Positions 1-10,451 of a DNA stretch of 64,000 bases are shown piece after piece. The DNA is from Vicugna vicugna (taxonomy: Eukaryota). Position numbers and translations under genes: made by a program. The stretch lies in assembly GCA_013265495.1 (NCBI GenBank), contig MU058009.1:3243780-3307779 (forward strand), written 5' to 3'. Every line of letters begins with the position of its first letter. Position 1 is the stretch's first letter. A model generated the notes under the pieces. It did not search any database. It saw nothing but the letters and a program-made list of their open reading frames with translations, and was not told the DNA's origin.

Positions 1-999
1 CCTATTTTGTCCCTGAACCTGTCAGATCTGACAGCTGCTCTAGGTGGTAAGGAGAAACCCAAACTCCAAGGGGGCTGAATTAAGGAAGGAGATGCATTTT
101 GCAGTGGACGTGGCCCACGAAGTGAGAAACGAGCTTTACTGATCTCTTCTCCCCTGCAAACACACTCTTTAAACTATTTTTCAGACCCCAAAGACAGGGG
201 ATACGACAGAATGTACAACGCTGATAAAAATGATACCGCCTCTTTCACCCCTAATTACGGGGCTGGATGTTACAAGGCAGTAACCATTCTGTCATGGTAC
301 TCAACCAGTCATTATCTATATTAGTTGGGGGAAGAAAAAATCCGAAATAGCTGATAAAAAAATCATTTGTTTGCCTGAAAAGCCTTAAAGAATGTGTTTT
401 TGTTTTGCTTTGGGCAGATTAATTATTCTTGGAGCTACACTACATTTTTCTTCCGAAGCACAGATCATTTGCATGATGTAATGTCATGGACTCATCTGGC
501 TGGAGATGTTTTATGGGGTGAAAGTTTCTGTCTTCCTATGCTTGGAGGGCCAGTATGTGGGAAGTGGGACTCTATGTTCCCCCAGAGCAAACACCCTGAA
601 TGGCACAAAAAGCTGTAATTTCATACCTACAGGGGAAGGCCTTCTGACAAGAGTAGTTAAGATATAATGAATGCTGTGGAAGAACAATGTATGTGCTTGT
701 TCTCATTAGGAGCAGGTCACGGTCATTGTTTGGTTGAGGTATTATACTGTGGGTATGTGATGGAAGAGACAAACTCCTTGTTGGTGGGATCTGAGGCAGA
801 GTAATGTTTTAGAGGCAGAGAGTGAGGTATTCATTATGAGCTGAAAGGAGCAAAGTCGTCCCTCCGACCAGTACTGAGAAGGAAAGGCCGACATAAGAGA
901 TGCCAGTGGAATTCAGGTTGGGGCTCTCAAACCTGGAGCACCTGGGAGTTATGACACTTTCTGTGGAATGTTCTGCTCCTTGGGGGCCACTAATCAATA

Positions 1000-1205
1000 C
1001 TGTACATTCCCAAACTTGGCTGCATCTCAAAATCACTTGGGCTGCAGAATCTGCTATCAGAATACAGATTCTGATAGGCTCGGATGGATTCTGAATGAGA
1101 ATTTCCCAGAATGGGTCCCAGGATTCTATTTTTTAAAAAAATGCAACTCTCCAGGTGACTTGGAGGCAGCCTATCCTAAAACCAGTTTTAGGGAGTTGCG
1201 GCTCT
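1000..1205. mobile_element. MER5-like hAT-Charlie MITE in SNX19 intron 1
   Basis: cccaaacttggctgcatctcaaaatcacttggg ... ctccaggtgacttggaggcagc resembles the MER5 consensus. Confidence 0.6.
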
Positions 1206-1718
1206 ATTGAACCAGCCATCTGAACCTCCTTCATGTCATCTCTGCCAAGCAGTTCCTACTACTGTGCTAAAACATCTCTAGGAACGAGGAACTTGCTACC
1301 TTGTGAGGTAGAGACAGGTAAATAACCTTCCTTCCTAAACAAACTATGAAAGATGCTAGTATTTTTAAAAAGAAAGAAATTAGCAGGGAAAAAGTTTGGA
1401 AAGAATTTCTGGACAAGACTGTATCCACTGGGAACCAATGAAATATATGATTCTTAGTCTCCTGATAGCCCTGAGATTGTAGGATTGTTTGTCAGGGTAT
1501 CAGACAGAAGCCTACTCGGCTTCACAAATGAGCTTCAGACCACTCACATATAGCTACTTCCTGAATTAACCACAGCAAATGAGATTCCCTGATCAGGCCT
1601 GACGGAGAGTACCTCCAAATAAGAGTACCCTACTCCCTTGAAACATGAGCTTCACTGACTCTGCCTTCCAAACCCATCCCCAGACCAGAGCGGGCGCTCA
1701 CAGCTCCACTCCAGTTAC

Positions 1719-3422
1719 CTTCACCGTGTAGAGCGTGTACGGGTGGAACCCGGTGCCACTGTGCTCGCGAGCAGTGATGGTGCCGGTGATACGAAGGTTC
1801 TGGATGACAACAGGGCCGTCTGGACTGCTGAGGGGCTCAAAGCTGAAGGTGGCTGAGCTGAGGGGACCAGGTGGGGAGGAGGAAAGCAGAACCTGTGGCA
1901 GACTAGGATCTAGGGAGCTCACACCATCGGTGAGATCTTTCTCTAAGCACGAGGGTCGTGAAGGGCACGTCCTTTCCGGACTGGCCAGCAAAGTTGTTTG
2001 AGAGGTGACATCTCCTTGCTCTGCCTCCTTGTCTGCTGCGTCAATCTGGATCTCTGGGCAGGAGTTCAGCATGGAGACAAGCAGGCCTGTCTCCGCTTCT
2101 GTTCCTGGACCCTCCTCAGCTTCTGCCCCTTCAATTCCTCTGGCTCTCTCACCGTCCTTAGACTCCAGGGACTGGGAACCTCCTAGGGCACACAGGGCGT
2201 CCTGGATCCTGTCACAGAGGAAGCTGCCTGGGGTCATGAGCATGATGGTTTCTTTGCCCAGTTCAGACAACGGGGACTCCAGCTCTGTGTCGTCACACAA
2301 GAACAGGGGGCCTCGAATATCTGGCTGCAGGAAATGAGAAGAGTTGTTTCCAACTTTTCTTTCTTCCAGTACTTCCCCCAAGTCTCCCTCAAGTGCTTCA
2401 CAGCCTTCTTCAACTTCTGGGGAGGGGTGTGGAGGCCCCTCTGGCTCACTACAGTTGAGGAGCAGGGGGGCTGCTGCTGGAGACGGAGCGCTCACCTCTG
2501 GTGGGCTCTGTTCCTCAACAGTCAGAGGCAGAGATGTGGGCACCGAGGGCTGTTCCAGGGCACTGGCCGGGCAGAGTGGTTTCACCACTTCTTCCGGATT
2601 ATTTCTGGCCTTGGAAAAGATGCCCACTAGTACAAGGTGGATCCAGTCAGGATCTGAGAGCTTGCTGGTCAGTGGTAAGATTACATTGCAAGTAATGAGT
2701 TCCACCACTACATGGCGACCGGTCCGGGTCTCCAAGTGGGGCTTTGGCACCAGTCCTTGAAGCACCGCGTTCACGATGCCACGTGTATAGGTGACCTCAG
2801 CGCTGGGACTCTGTACAGCAGGATGTGGGGCGGTGACCCGGCAGTAAGCTTCCCAGAGCTGGGAGGGCTCCACTGTGCCACTCTGCTGCCCTGCCGTGGC
2901 CTCCTTTGCCTGAATATAGCTCTGCAGGTGACAACCGCAGAGAGTCAGAACCCTCTGGGCCAGAGCATGCCTGTCCACCATGGCCATCCTCCTCCGGAGC
3001 TCCTGGACCAACCCTCTCATGGCCGCCTCCATTTCCTCCTCGAAGGCTGGCTCCTGGCTCACCGTGCGGTACCACGACGACACGAAGTCCCGCATGATCA
3101 TCCGGAGAGTGCGGTCGATCTCCTGCTCCAGCTGCCGCTCTGCCTCCGGGCTTGGGGGGGACGTGGCCATCGGGATGAAGCGTTCCAGGTGCAGCCGACC
3201 TGAAGCCCCCACGATGGCGTCGGAGCCCAGCCATCCTCCGAGGACCACCAGCAAGGCAGACAGAAGGCACAGAAGCCACACGTTGACCAGGAGGTGGATG
3301 ACCAGAAGCCAGCCGAGCACGGCCCCCACGGCCACCAGCTTCCGGCTACTCAGCAGGTTACTGACGCCACCGTCGGGCCCGGCCGGGGGCTCCTGCGACG
3401 AGGCGGCCGCCTCCGCCTTCAT
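1719..3422 (-). CDS. SNX19: Sorting nexin 19, first coding exon (568 codons): N-terminal membrane anchor, PXA domain, acidic/Pro-rich linker, start of PX domain. The gene continues leftwards; I did not find exon 2 in 1-1718.
   Basis: ORF 1698..3422 contains sequences recognisable as SNX19 (LLSSRKLVAVGAVLGWLLVIHLLVNVWLL; RDFVSSWYRTVSQEPAF; IQNLRITGTITAREHSGTGFHPYTLYTVK). Start context is CCGCC-ATG. The splice donor AAG|GTAACT at 1719/1718 ends the exon in phase 0. Confidence 0.97.
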
Positions 3423-4110
3423 GGCGGACGGGAGCTCTCCGGACCACCGCCTCCTACTCCACTTCAGAACCGGCGGGAGGGGCGCTGACGGGGGCGCGGC
3501 CGGGCTGCGGGCCCCGACGCCCTACGGGCAGGGCCGGGCGGCAGGGGCGACTCGGCGGCTCGGCCCCGACGCCCTACGGGCAGGGCCGGGCGGCAGGGGC
3601 GGCTCGGCGGCTCGGCCCCGCCGCAGCCCCTTCCGGCAGGGGCGCTGCCCGCGGACACAGCCCTGCGGCCTGCATGGTGCCCGGGCGGCGGCCCCGGGCC
3701 TCGGAGCCAAACACTTACTGACGCCGTAGACCGGGGCGCCCGGGACCGGCTGACGCCGAGCTCCGACTGCAGCGGACGCAACGGCGCCTCCTCGGAGGGG
3801 CCCTCGCCGGGCTGGGGCGGCCGATCACCCGCGCTCAGCAGCCCGGCTTCCCTCAGGGCTGTCGGCTTGCCGGGCGCGGCGACAACTTCCGGGTCGACGC
3901 CGGCGGGAGCGAGGCATGCCGGGAGAGCGCCGCGCACCCGTCGCCCGCCGGCGCGGCGCTGCGCGGCGCCCCCTGGTGCCGAGGAGCCGCCATGCCTGCA
4001 CCGCGCAGCGGGATCCCCGCTGCAGAGCGCGCGCAGCGCGAGCCCGCCAGGCGGGCGCCCGGGTTCCCGAAGCAGAGCGGACCAGAGCGCAGGCTTGCAG
4101 GTAATGACCC
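2980..4110 (-). promoter_or_regulatory. SNX19 CpG-island promoter and GC-rich 5'UTR
   Basis: Very GC- and CpG-dense stretch spanning the ATG. ETS motif ACTTCCGG (CCGGAAGT on minus) at 3885-3892 and several GC boxes; no TATA box seen. Confidence 0.9.
3510..3620. repeat. 52-bp tandem duplication in the SNX19 5'UTR
   Basis: ggccccgacgccctacgggcagggccgggcggcaggggcg(a/g)ctcggcggctc at 3510-3561 and 3562-3613 (one mismatch), followed by a partial third copy. Confidence 0.95.
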
Positions 4111-6849
4111 TCCGAGACTCAAGACTTCCAGCTCCAGTCGTTAAATGAAGTGTGCAAGCCGTTTAGGCAAAAGTTTCTTCACTATCAGTGATCCGGTTTC
4201 TTTCAACCTTATGTGCGCAATTTTTCACTGGCCTGGTGCATTTTAACATTCACCCCGCACCCCCTGCGCCCCTCTCCCATCTCCAGTACTCAGCTCCCCG
4301 ATCTTGTTCTCAGGAATTGCAGAATACACGGCATAAAACATCAATACAGAGAAAGATTTATTTCTACAATTTCATAATACTGTGTAACAAAATCATATTT
4401 GCGATTTGGGGTTATTTGCTGCTGGCATAACCCAAGCAGTCAAATCTTTGGAGCATCTGCTGTATTCAGTCACTGCGATTGGTGGTGTGGGGGAATAGAA
4501 GCCTCTCTTGTCCCCGAGGACCTTGTGGATAATTGGGAAGATGAGTTCTTGGATCCTGGTGAATATTTAGTAAAGCAACTCAGTATGGGCATGGCAAAAT
4601 GCAGGTTATTCAGTGTATGAGGGGAAGGAAAGGTCATCGTGGGTTGCAGAGGTTAAGGGGGACCTCGTAGAGAAGGAAGCCTCAAGGGTGAGACTTTTTA
4701 TTCCTTCCATCTCTTCTTCCCTTCTCCTCCCCAGATACATAGGAGCAGAAGGCAGAGGTGGAGACGTACATTTAGACAATCTTCTAATAGATTGCTTGTG
4801 AATGTTCCCTATGGTTGATTGTTTTTGCTTTCCGTAATTTGCCTTTAGTTGTCTACACAGGCAGAATTACTTGTAAAAAGATTAAATACCTGACAGTAGC
4901 AGTGACCATGTAGCAGAGTGTGCCAGTTTCACAGGAAGCCCGCTTCCTTGTCCCTCATGGTCCCCAGGAGCTCTGTCTGCAGTGTGGCTGTGCTTTTTAT
5001 ACTCCCACGGGACATCTATCATTTGTATAGAGCTGCTCGTGGTTGCCTGTCTTCAGCATCCTCTATGCTGTCAGCAGCCTTTTGTCTTTATAACATTAGT
5101 CCCCAGATATTTAGAGGAATCCTCAAGCAAACTGCAACCAAAAACTGTGCCAACAGGAAGCATGTTGTGTCTTCTTCTCTCACCTCCTTTTGTACTGTTG
5201 GGGTCGAGGTTTCTTTTGAATGCAAAAGGAACCGTCATTTAGATGTGGGACATCATTCATGACTGCGCTTCTAAAGCCGAAGTCTGACTTAGGATCCAGT
5301 GTCCACAAAGTGAATGGGGCACATCCCTGAGAGCCCAGAAATCTGGCCACTTCGCTGCTGCTCTACATCCCACAGAAAAGGAGAGTGGGTGCGGCTGTCT
5401 TGGTCCTCCCAGACCATTCCATTGTCCTTGGGGCCGGTAGAGGATCCCAGGAGGCTCTGGAGAAGTATGCCTGCCACCTAGCTGAGAACTAAAGTGAGAA
5501 GTGCGTGGCAGAGGGGCCGATGATGATTCTGAAGACTTCCCCGTGCTGGTCCAGAGAGAAAGTTTACTCTGCAGCATAAACTGGAATGTTCAGGGCGGTA
5601 AGACACTGACCTTGTAAGTGGGCACTGTGCCACCTGACCAGATGGTCTGGGGCACTGAGGGAGCCAAGAGTGCCTTCCTGATGCTGGGGTGGATTGGATG
5701 AAGCAGGACTGTCAGGTGAACGCGCCACGCACTTGTTGTCTCGACTGGTGTGAGCTTGTGCTCCAAGCCCCAGTCTCCACCAGGTGAGCCCCTGGGAGGA
5801 GGTGAGGGGCAGGACGGGTGTGGGCGCTGGTGCTGGGGTGTGTATGTTGGGGGGGGCTGGCTGTTTGGCCACCTCACTCACCAGCTCTGAGTCCCTTCTT
5901 TCCTTCTTATCATTTCTCACAACACTGTGGGCATTGTGCCAGAAGCTGGGGATACAGGGCAAGAAAGACACTGTAATTCACCTTTGGGGGCTCAGTCTAG
6001 TTACAAGAGAGAGACACTGTTGGGTGTTGGTTTGATATGATTTCAGACCCTCTTGTTTATGACTTAAGTGAAGTTGATTGAATCCACTTCTTTATGACAA
6101 AGTTGTTGTTTTTAGAAGCAAAGAGGTTTTGATAAACGAATGAAATGCATTGTGTCAGACACCATTGTCTCATCTGTTGTCCCCGTAAGGACTTAGTGGC
6201 TCGGCTGCAGAGGGGCCCCGCTGGGGGTTTATTGCTAAGACAGGTGGAGAAGCAGCCTTGGCAAGGACACGTTTAGACTCCAAGTACCGAGAGTTTGTGA
6301 GGATCTCTGAGAGTTCCTGTCTGGGCAGTAACTACCCTTTGCTGACCTAGCTCTCCGAAGGTCTTGAAGATCTGGAGACCCTTGCTCCTGCTGTGGCCAG
6401 GCTACTCTTGGGGGCAGGTGGTGTTGAGTCTCGCAGCATCTCAGGAAGAAAAGGGATGTCTGTTCCTGCTCCAGAGAGATGCTCCTCTGGGCAGTGGTGC
6501 CAGCCCTGCAAAGGCCTCTGGAGCGATGACCCTCGGAGGAGCCTTGCCTGTCCCCTAGCACCACACCTTCGCTCGTTCGCCAGCAATGTGCTCCAGCACA
6601 AGGGGCTTTGGTTTTGAGCTGGCAGCGGCAGTCAGCTCTTGGTGGCTTCAAGGCACAGCTTGAAATACCTTTGGACTTTCTTTCTTTCATCTCCCCTTGC
6701 CTGGAACAACAGTGTCATTAATCTGTTACTTGTTTGGTGTATGTTATTTCTTTACTGGCGATTTGCGAGAAGAGGGTTAGGTGTCCTGGGAGAGCATCTG
6801 CCTGAGAACAGGACTTTTGTGCTTCTGGGCTTTTCTTCCGGACCCTGGG

Positions 6850-7280
6850 TCTATGTCCTGTGGCCGCTTGACCAGTGGCTACAAATGCTGGCTTAGAGCG
6901 CCATAGCTTTCCTCTCTCACGGGGCTGGACGTCGGCGGCCTCATGGGGGCGGGCAGGGCCGGGCTGGTCCGGAGGCCCTAAGGCAGAGTCTGCTGTCTGG
7001 CCCTTTGCAGCGGCCTGCGTGCCCTTGCTCGTGGCCCCCATCACAGCGGCCTCTGCGTCTGCTTTCCTGTCTCATCCTCTCACTCTGACCCACCTGGCTT
7101 CCTCTTAGAGGGACCCTTGTGGTCATTACATGGAGCCCTCCCAGGTAATCCAGGGACGTCTCCCCGTTTCAAGACTCTTCATCACGTCTGCAAAGCCCCT
7201 TCTGTCGTGTAAGGTGACGTAGTCCCAGGTGGTGGGGATGAAGGTGTCGATATCTCTGGGGTCCGTTCCTTGGCTTTTAC
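6850..7280 (-). mobile_element. MaLR solo LTR (MLT1C/D-like)
   Basis: agggacccttgtggtcattacat, ggtaatccaggg, atcacgtctgcaaagcccctt and gtaaggtgac are diagnostic MLT1 blocks. Confidence 0.7.
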
Positions 7281-7724
7281 AGAGCCTGAGTGCCTGGAGA
7301 GGAGAACGTCTGCGATGATGAAGTCCGGTGTGGGACAGGGATGGTTTTCCTGCGGCGGGTGTGGACGACGTGTGAGGGTGGAGGGGGAAATTCCGAGTCT
7401 GTTTTGGAGAGGATGATCTAGCCAGGGTTGGAAGCCAATGAGGTTCAGGTCGAGAGAAGCACGGTGGTCATGGCACACACGTTCTCAGGAGGTGGGAGGG
7501 ATGACCCGAAGGCTGACAGATGAAGTGATGAGACGTGGAGGACAGTAATATCGAAAATAGGAGAGGAAGTTTTGCATAAACTGGGAAACGAGTGGCCTGG
7601 AAGAAGCCGTGCGGGGCTAGGACGTTGCGCTGACCTCTCCACGCTCTGCCGCGGACGCGGTGCTGAAAATAAACAGCCATCCGCAGGCGGCAGGGCAGAT
7701 GGCATCTTAAGGGGAAGCTGCATC

Positions 7725-8030
7725 TTATTTATTCATTCATTGTCCATTCATGTATTCACCCATCCATTCACCCCACTGGCGTTAAACCAGACATTGCAAA
7801 TTCAAAGATGGATTTTATATGGTTCCTTTTCTTAAAGGATTCACAGCCAAGTGACAGGCACTGGCACCGCGTGAAAAGTTCTATAAGAGAAATGTGTTAA
7901 AAGATGGGAATGCGGAGAATTAGGGAGAGTTTCACAGAAGGGGTGATGTTTGAGCTGGCCTTGAAGGGGGGAGAAATTTCCCATGAAGACAAGAGGAACA
8001 GGTCATTTCAGGACTAAGGGGAACGTGAGG
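7725..8030 (-). mobile_element. L2 3' end fragment
   Basis: Degenerate (CATT)n tail, followed by gagtttcacagaaggggtgatgtttgagctggccttgaagg. Confidence 0.6.
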
Positions 8031-8047
8031 AGTACTGCGTGAGCTCC

Positions 8048-8898
8048 TGTGCTAGTTTGCTGGGACTGTTACACCAGAGCGTCACAGACTGTGTGGCTTC
8101 AACAACAGGAATTTATTTTCTTGCCGTTCTAGGGAAAGGAGGTCCAGGGCGGAGGTGCTGGCAGCCTTGGTTTCTCCTGACGGCTCTCCCCGTGGTCAGC
8201 AGCAGGCGATCTCGTGGTGTCCTCGCGTGGTCTTTCCTTTGTGTGTGTGCCTCCTTGGCGTCTCTCCCTCTTCTATTAAGGACACCAGTCGCGTAGGGTT
8301 AGGGTCCACCCTGTAACCTCGTTTAACCTTAGCCACCCTTTTAAGGGTCCGTATTAGTCAGGCCTCTGCGGGGAAGCCGAGCTCATGCATGTATATACAC
8401 CTGCAGACGTGGGTGCACATTTATTGTGAGCAATTGCCGGAGGGGTGAGAAGTCCTGGGATCTGCCATCGGCCAGCTGGGCGCCAGCAAAGCGGGGTGTG
8501 TAATTCCGTCTGCGTCTGAGGCCTGAGAACCAGGGGAGCCCATGGTACAAATCCCAGTCCCGGAGCCGGAGAGGAGTGTGCCAGTGGGGCAGGAAGTTAG
8601 GGGTGACTTCCTCCCCCCTTCCTCTGCCTCTCCTCTCTTCAGACCCTCCGTGGATTGGCTGAGACCTCCTCCCCCGGATGTGGGAGGGCAGCTGGCTCAG
8701 ACGTGACTCTCCTCCAGTGACAGCTTCACAGACATGCGCAGAAGTCATGTTCCATCAGGGCGCCCTGTGGCCATCACGTTGACACATAAAATTAACCATC
8801 ACAACGTTCCTATTTCTGAGTACAGTCACACTCTGAAGGGTGCTGGGGGTTAGGACTTCAGCACGTGAATTTGGGGTGACACAGTTCGGTCCATAACA
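8048..8898 (-). mobile_element. MLT1A-like MaLR LTR, split by an MLT2 LTR at 8350-8803
   Basis: Left part: tgtgctagtttgctggg...ggcttcaacaacaggaatttattttct. It resumes after 8803 with tacagtcacactctgaagg...gttaggacttcagc...tccataaca. Confidence 0.8.
8350..8803 (-). mobile_element. MLT2 (ERV-L) solo LTR
   Basis: Both termini are present: gtattagtcagg at left, and gttgacacataaaattaaccatcaca at right (reverse of TGTGATGGTTAATTTTATGTGTCAAC). Confidence 0.88.
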
Positions 8899-8964
8899 GG
8901 TCCTGTCTGTGGGTTCTCTGAATGGTTGCATTTTGATGGTCAAGGTACTGAAAAAGATGGTGCT

Positions 8965-9095
8965 AATTTTAATTCATTTATTTTTACTTATTATGATTAT
9001 GATTGTGATTATTTGATGGAGGTACTGGGGATTGAACCCAGGATCTCATGTATGCTCAGCACATACTCTATGCCTGAGCTATACATGTCCCCCCC
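8965..9095 (-). mobile_element. tRNA-derived SINE (Vic-1-like)
   Basis: ggaggtactggggattgaacccagg...tgagctatac: A and B boxes on the minus strand, with a T-rich tail to the left. Confidence 0.85.
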
Positions 9096-9339
9096 GATAA
9101 TTTTAATAGCTCCCAAGATTTGTTTTCATGGCACATAAAAGTGGAAATAACAATGACCTACATACAGGTTGAGGAGATCTCGGTTTACATTCCATGTCTG
9201 GTGTACAGACTGCGAAGTGCTCTCACAGACCCTCCGTGACAGAAGCACTAGGTCCTGAATAGAAAATACTGCTTGATGAATCTGGCTCATCAGAGGACAG
9301 GAAGTAGGTGATGAGTTCAAGGCACACTGTCTTGTCCCT

Positions 9340-9735
9340 CTCCATTAAATTCCATAGTCATTAGCTACTGCATTAACAGTTAAAAGAGGCGGGGAGGGTG
9401 TAGCTCAGCATGCACAAGGTCCTGGGTTCAATCCCCAGTACCTCCATTAAAAATAGATGCATGAATAAATAAACCTAATTATCTGCCCCCAAAACAAACA
9501 AACAAAAATCACAAAGATAAGTAAATAAAATAAATATTTTTTAAAAAAGTTGAAAGAGAAAATCCATGTGATCTCAGCAGATGCAGAAAAAGCATTTAAT
9601 AATATTAAATATTTATTCATGATTTTAAAATAAAAGCAAAGCAAAGCAAAGCAACCTCACCACGAACTATGATAGGAAGGTATTTCCTTGACTTACGATA
9701 TCGTTCTGCATGGAAAACATGGAAGCATTTTCCCC
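9340..9735 (+). mobile_element. Old L1 ORF2 (RT region) fragment, interrupted by a SINE
   Basis: gatctcagcagatgcagaaaaagcattt encodes ISADAEKAF; gaagcattttcc encodes EAF. Confidence 0.75.
9391..9545 (+). mobile_element. tRNA-derived SINE (Vic-1-like) with an internal deletion, inserted into an old L1
   Basis: ggggagggtgtagctcag...cctgggttcaatccccagtacctcc plus A-rich tail. TSD-like flanks agttaaaagag / agttgaaagag. Confidence 0.9.
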
Positions 9736-9759
9736 ATGTGATTATTTTATTATGTTTAA

Positions 9760-9919
9760 ATTAAAAATTTTTTTCTTTATTTTATTATTTTATTTTTAAA
9801 AATTTTTCTTGGGAGGTAATTAGGTTTACTTATTTATTTTTAGAGGAGGTGCAGGGGATTGAACCCAGGACCTCATGCATGCTAAGCATGTGCTCTACCA
9901 CTTGAGCTATGCCCTCCCC
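9760..9919 (-). mobile_element. tRNA-derived SINE (Vic-1-like), full-length head
   Basis: ggggattgaacccaggacctcatgcatgctaagcatgtgctctaccacttgagctatgccctcccc. TSD-like flanks tattatgtttaaat / tattatatttaaat. Confidence 0.92.
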
Positions 9920-9934
9920 TGCTATTATATTTAA

Positions 9935-10450
9935 ATATTTATAACAGCACTCTTGAGGTGTAATTGACATAACATGAACTGCACATACTGAAAGCTCCCA
10001 AGTTGTAAGTTTTGACTGATGTGTACAAAACCACCGCCACAATGAAAACTCACGCATCCATCATCTGCGGAAGTTTCCCCTGCCCGCCCCAGCATTGCCC
10101 CACCCCCCAAGCAACCACCGATCTGCTTTCTTTCCCTTTAGGTTAGCTTGCGTTTTCCAGGACTTTACATAAATGAAACCATACACAGCGGATTATTTGG
10201 GTGTCTGCCTTCTCTTACTTAGCATCGTTATTTTGCCGTTCATCCATATTGTTCTGTGGATCAATTATTTATTCCTTTTGATAGCTGAGCGGTGCATTCC
10301 ATTGTGTGGATAGGTGACAGTGTGTTTATTCATTCACCTAATGATGAGCATTGGATTGTTGGCGGTATATGACAATGACAAATAAACCTGGTGTGAACTT
10401 GTGTCTTCGTATGGAGATATCTTGTCATGTCTCTTGGAAAAATGCCTTTC
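9935..10450 (-). mobile_element. Old L1 3'UTR fragment (L1MB/MC/ME type)
   Basis: ttgaggtgtaattgacataaca; gcaaccaccgatctgctttc; ttattcattcacctaatgatgagcatt. Confidence 0.75.
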
Positions 10451-10451
10451 A

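Noticed and set aside
1698..1718. ORF-track C-terminus VTGVEL*, suggesting a 574-aa single-exon protein or processed pseudogene
   Set aside because: This is read-through past the AAG|GTAACT donor; the PX domain is incomplete and continues in downstream exons.
2980..3729. 249-aa plus-strand ORF and other ORFs overlapping SNX19 exon 1 and the promoter
   Set aside because: Antisense or shadow frames in very GC-rich DNA; low-complexity A/R/G/P products with no recognisable domain.
9391..9919. tRNA-like sequences with A and B boxes (also at 9.0, 26.8 and 42.7 kb)
   Set aside because: They have A-rich tails, shared non-tRNA 3' bodies, and in most copies TSDs or deletions, so they are SINEs rather than tRNA genes.
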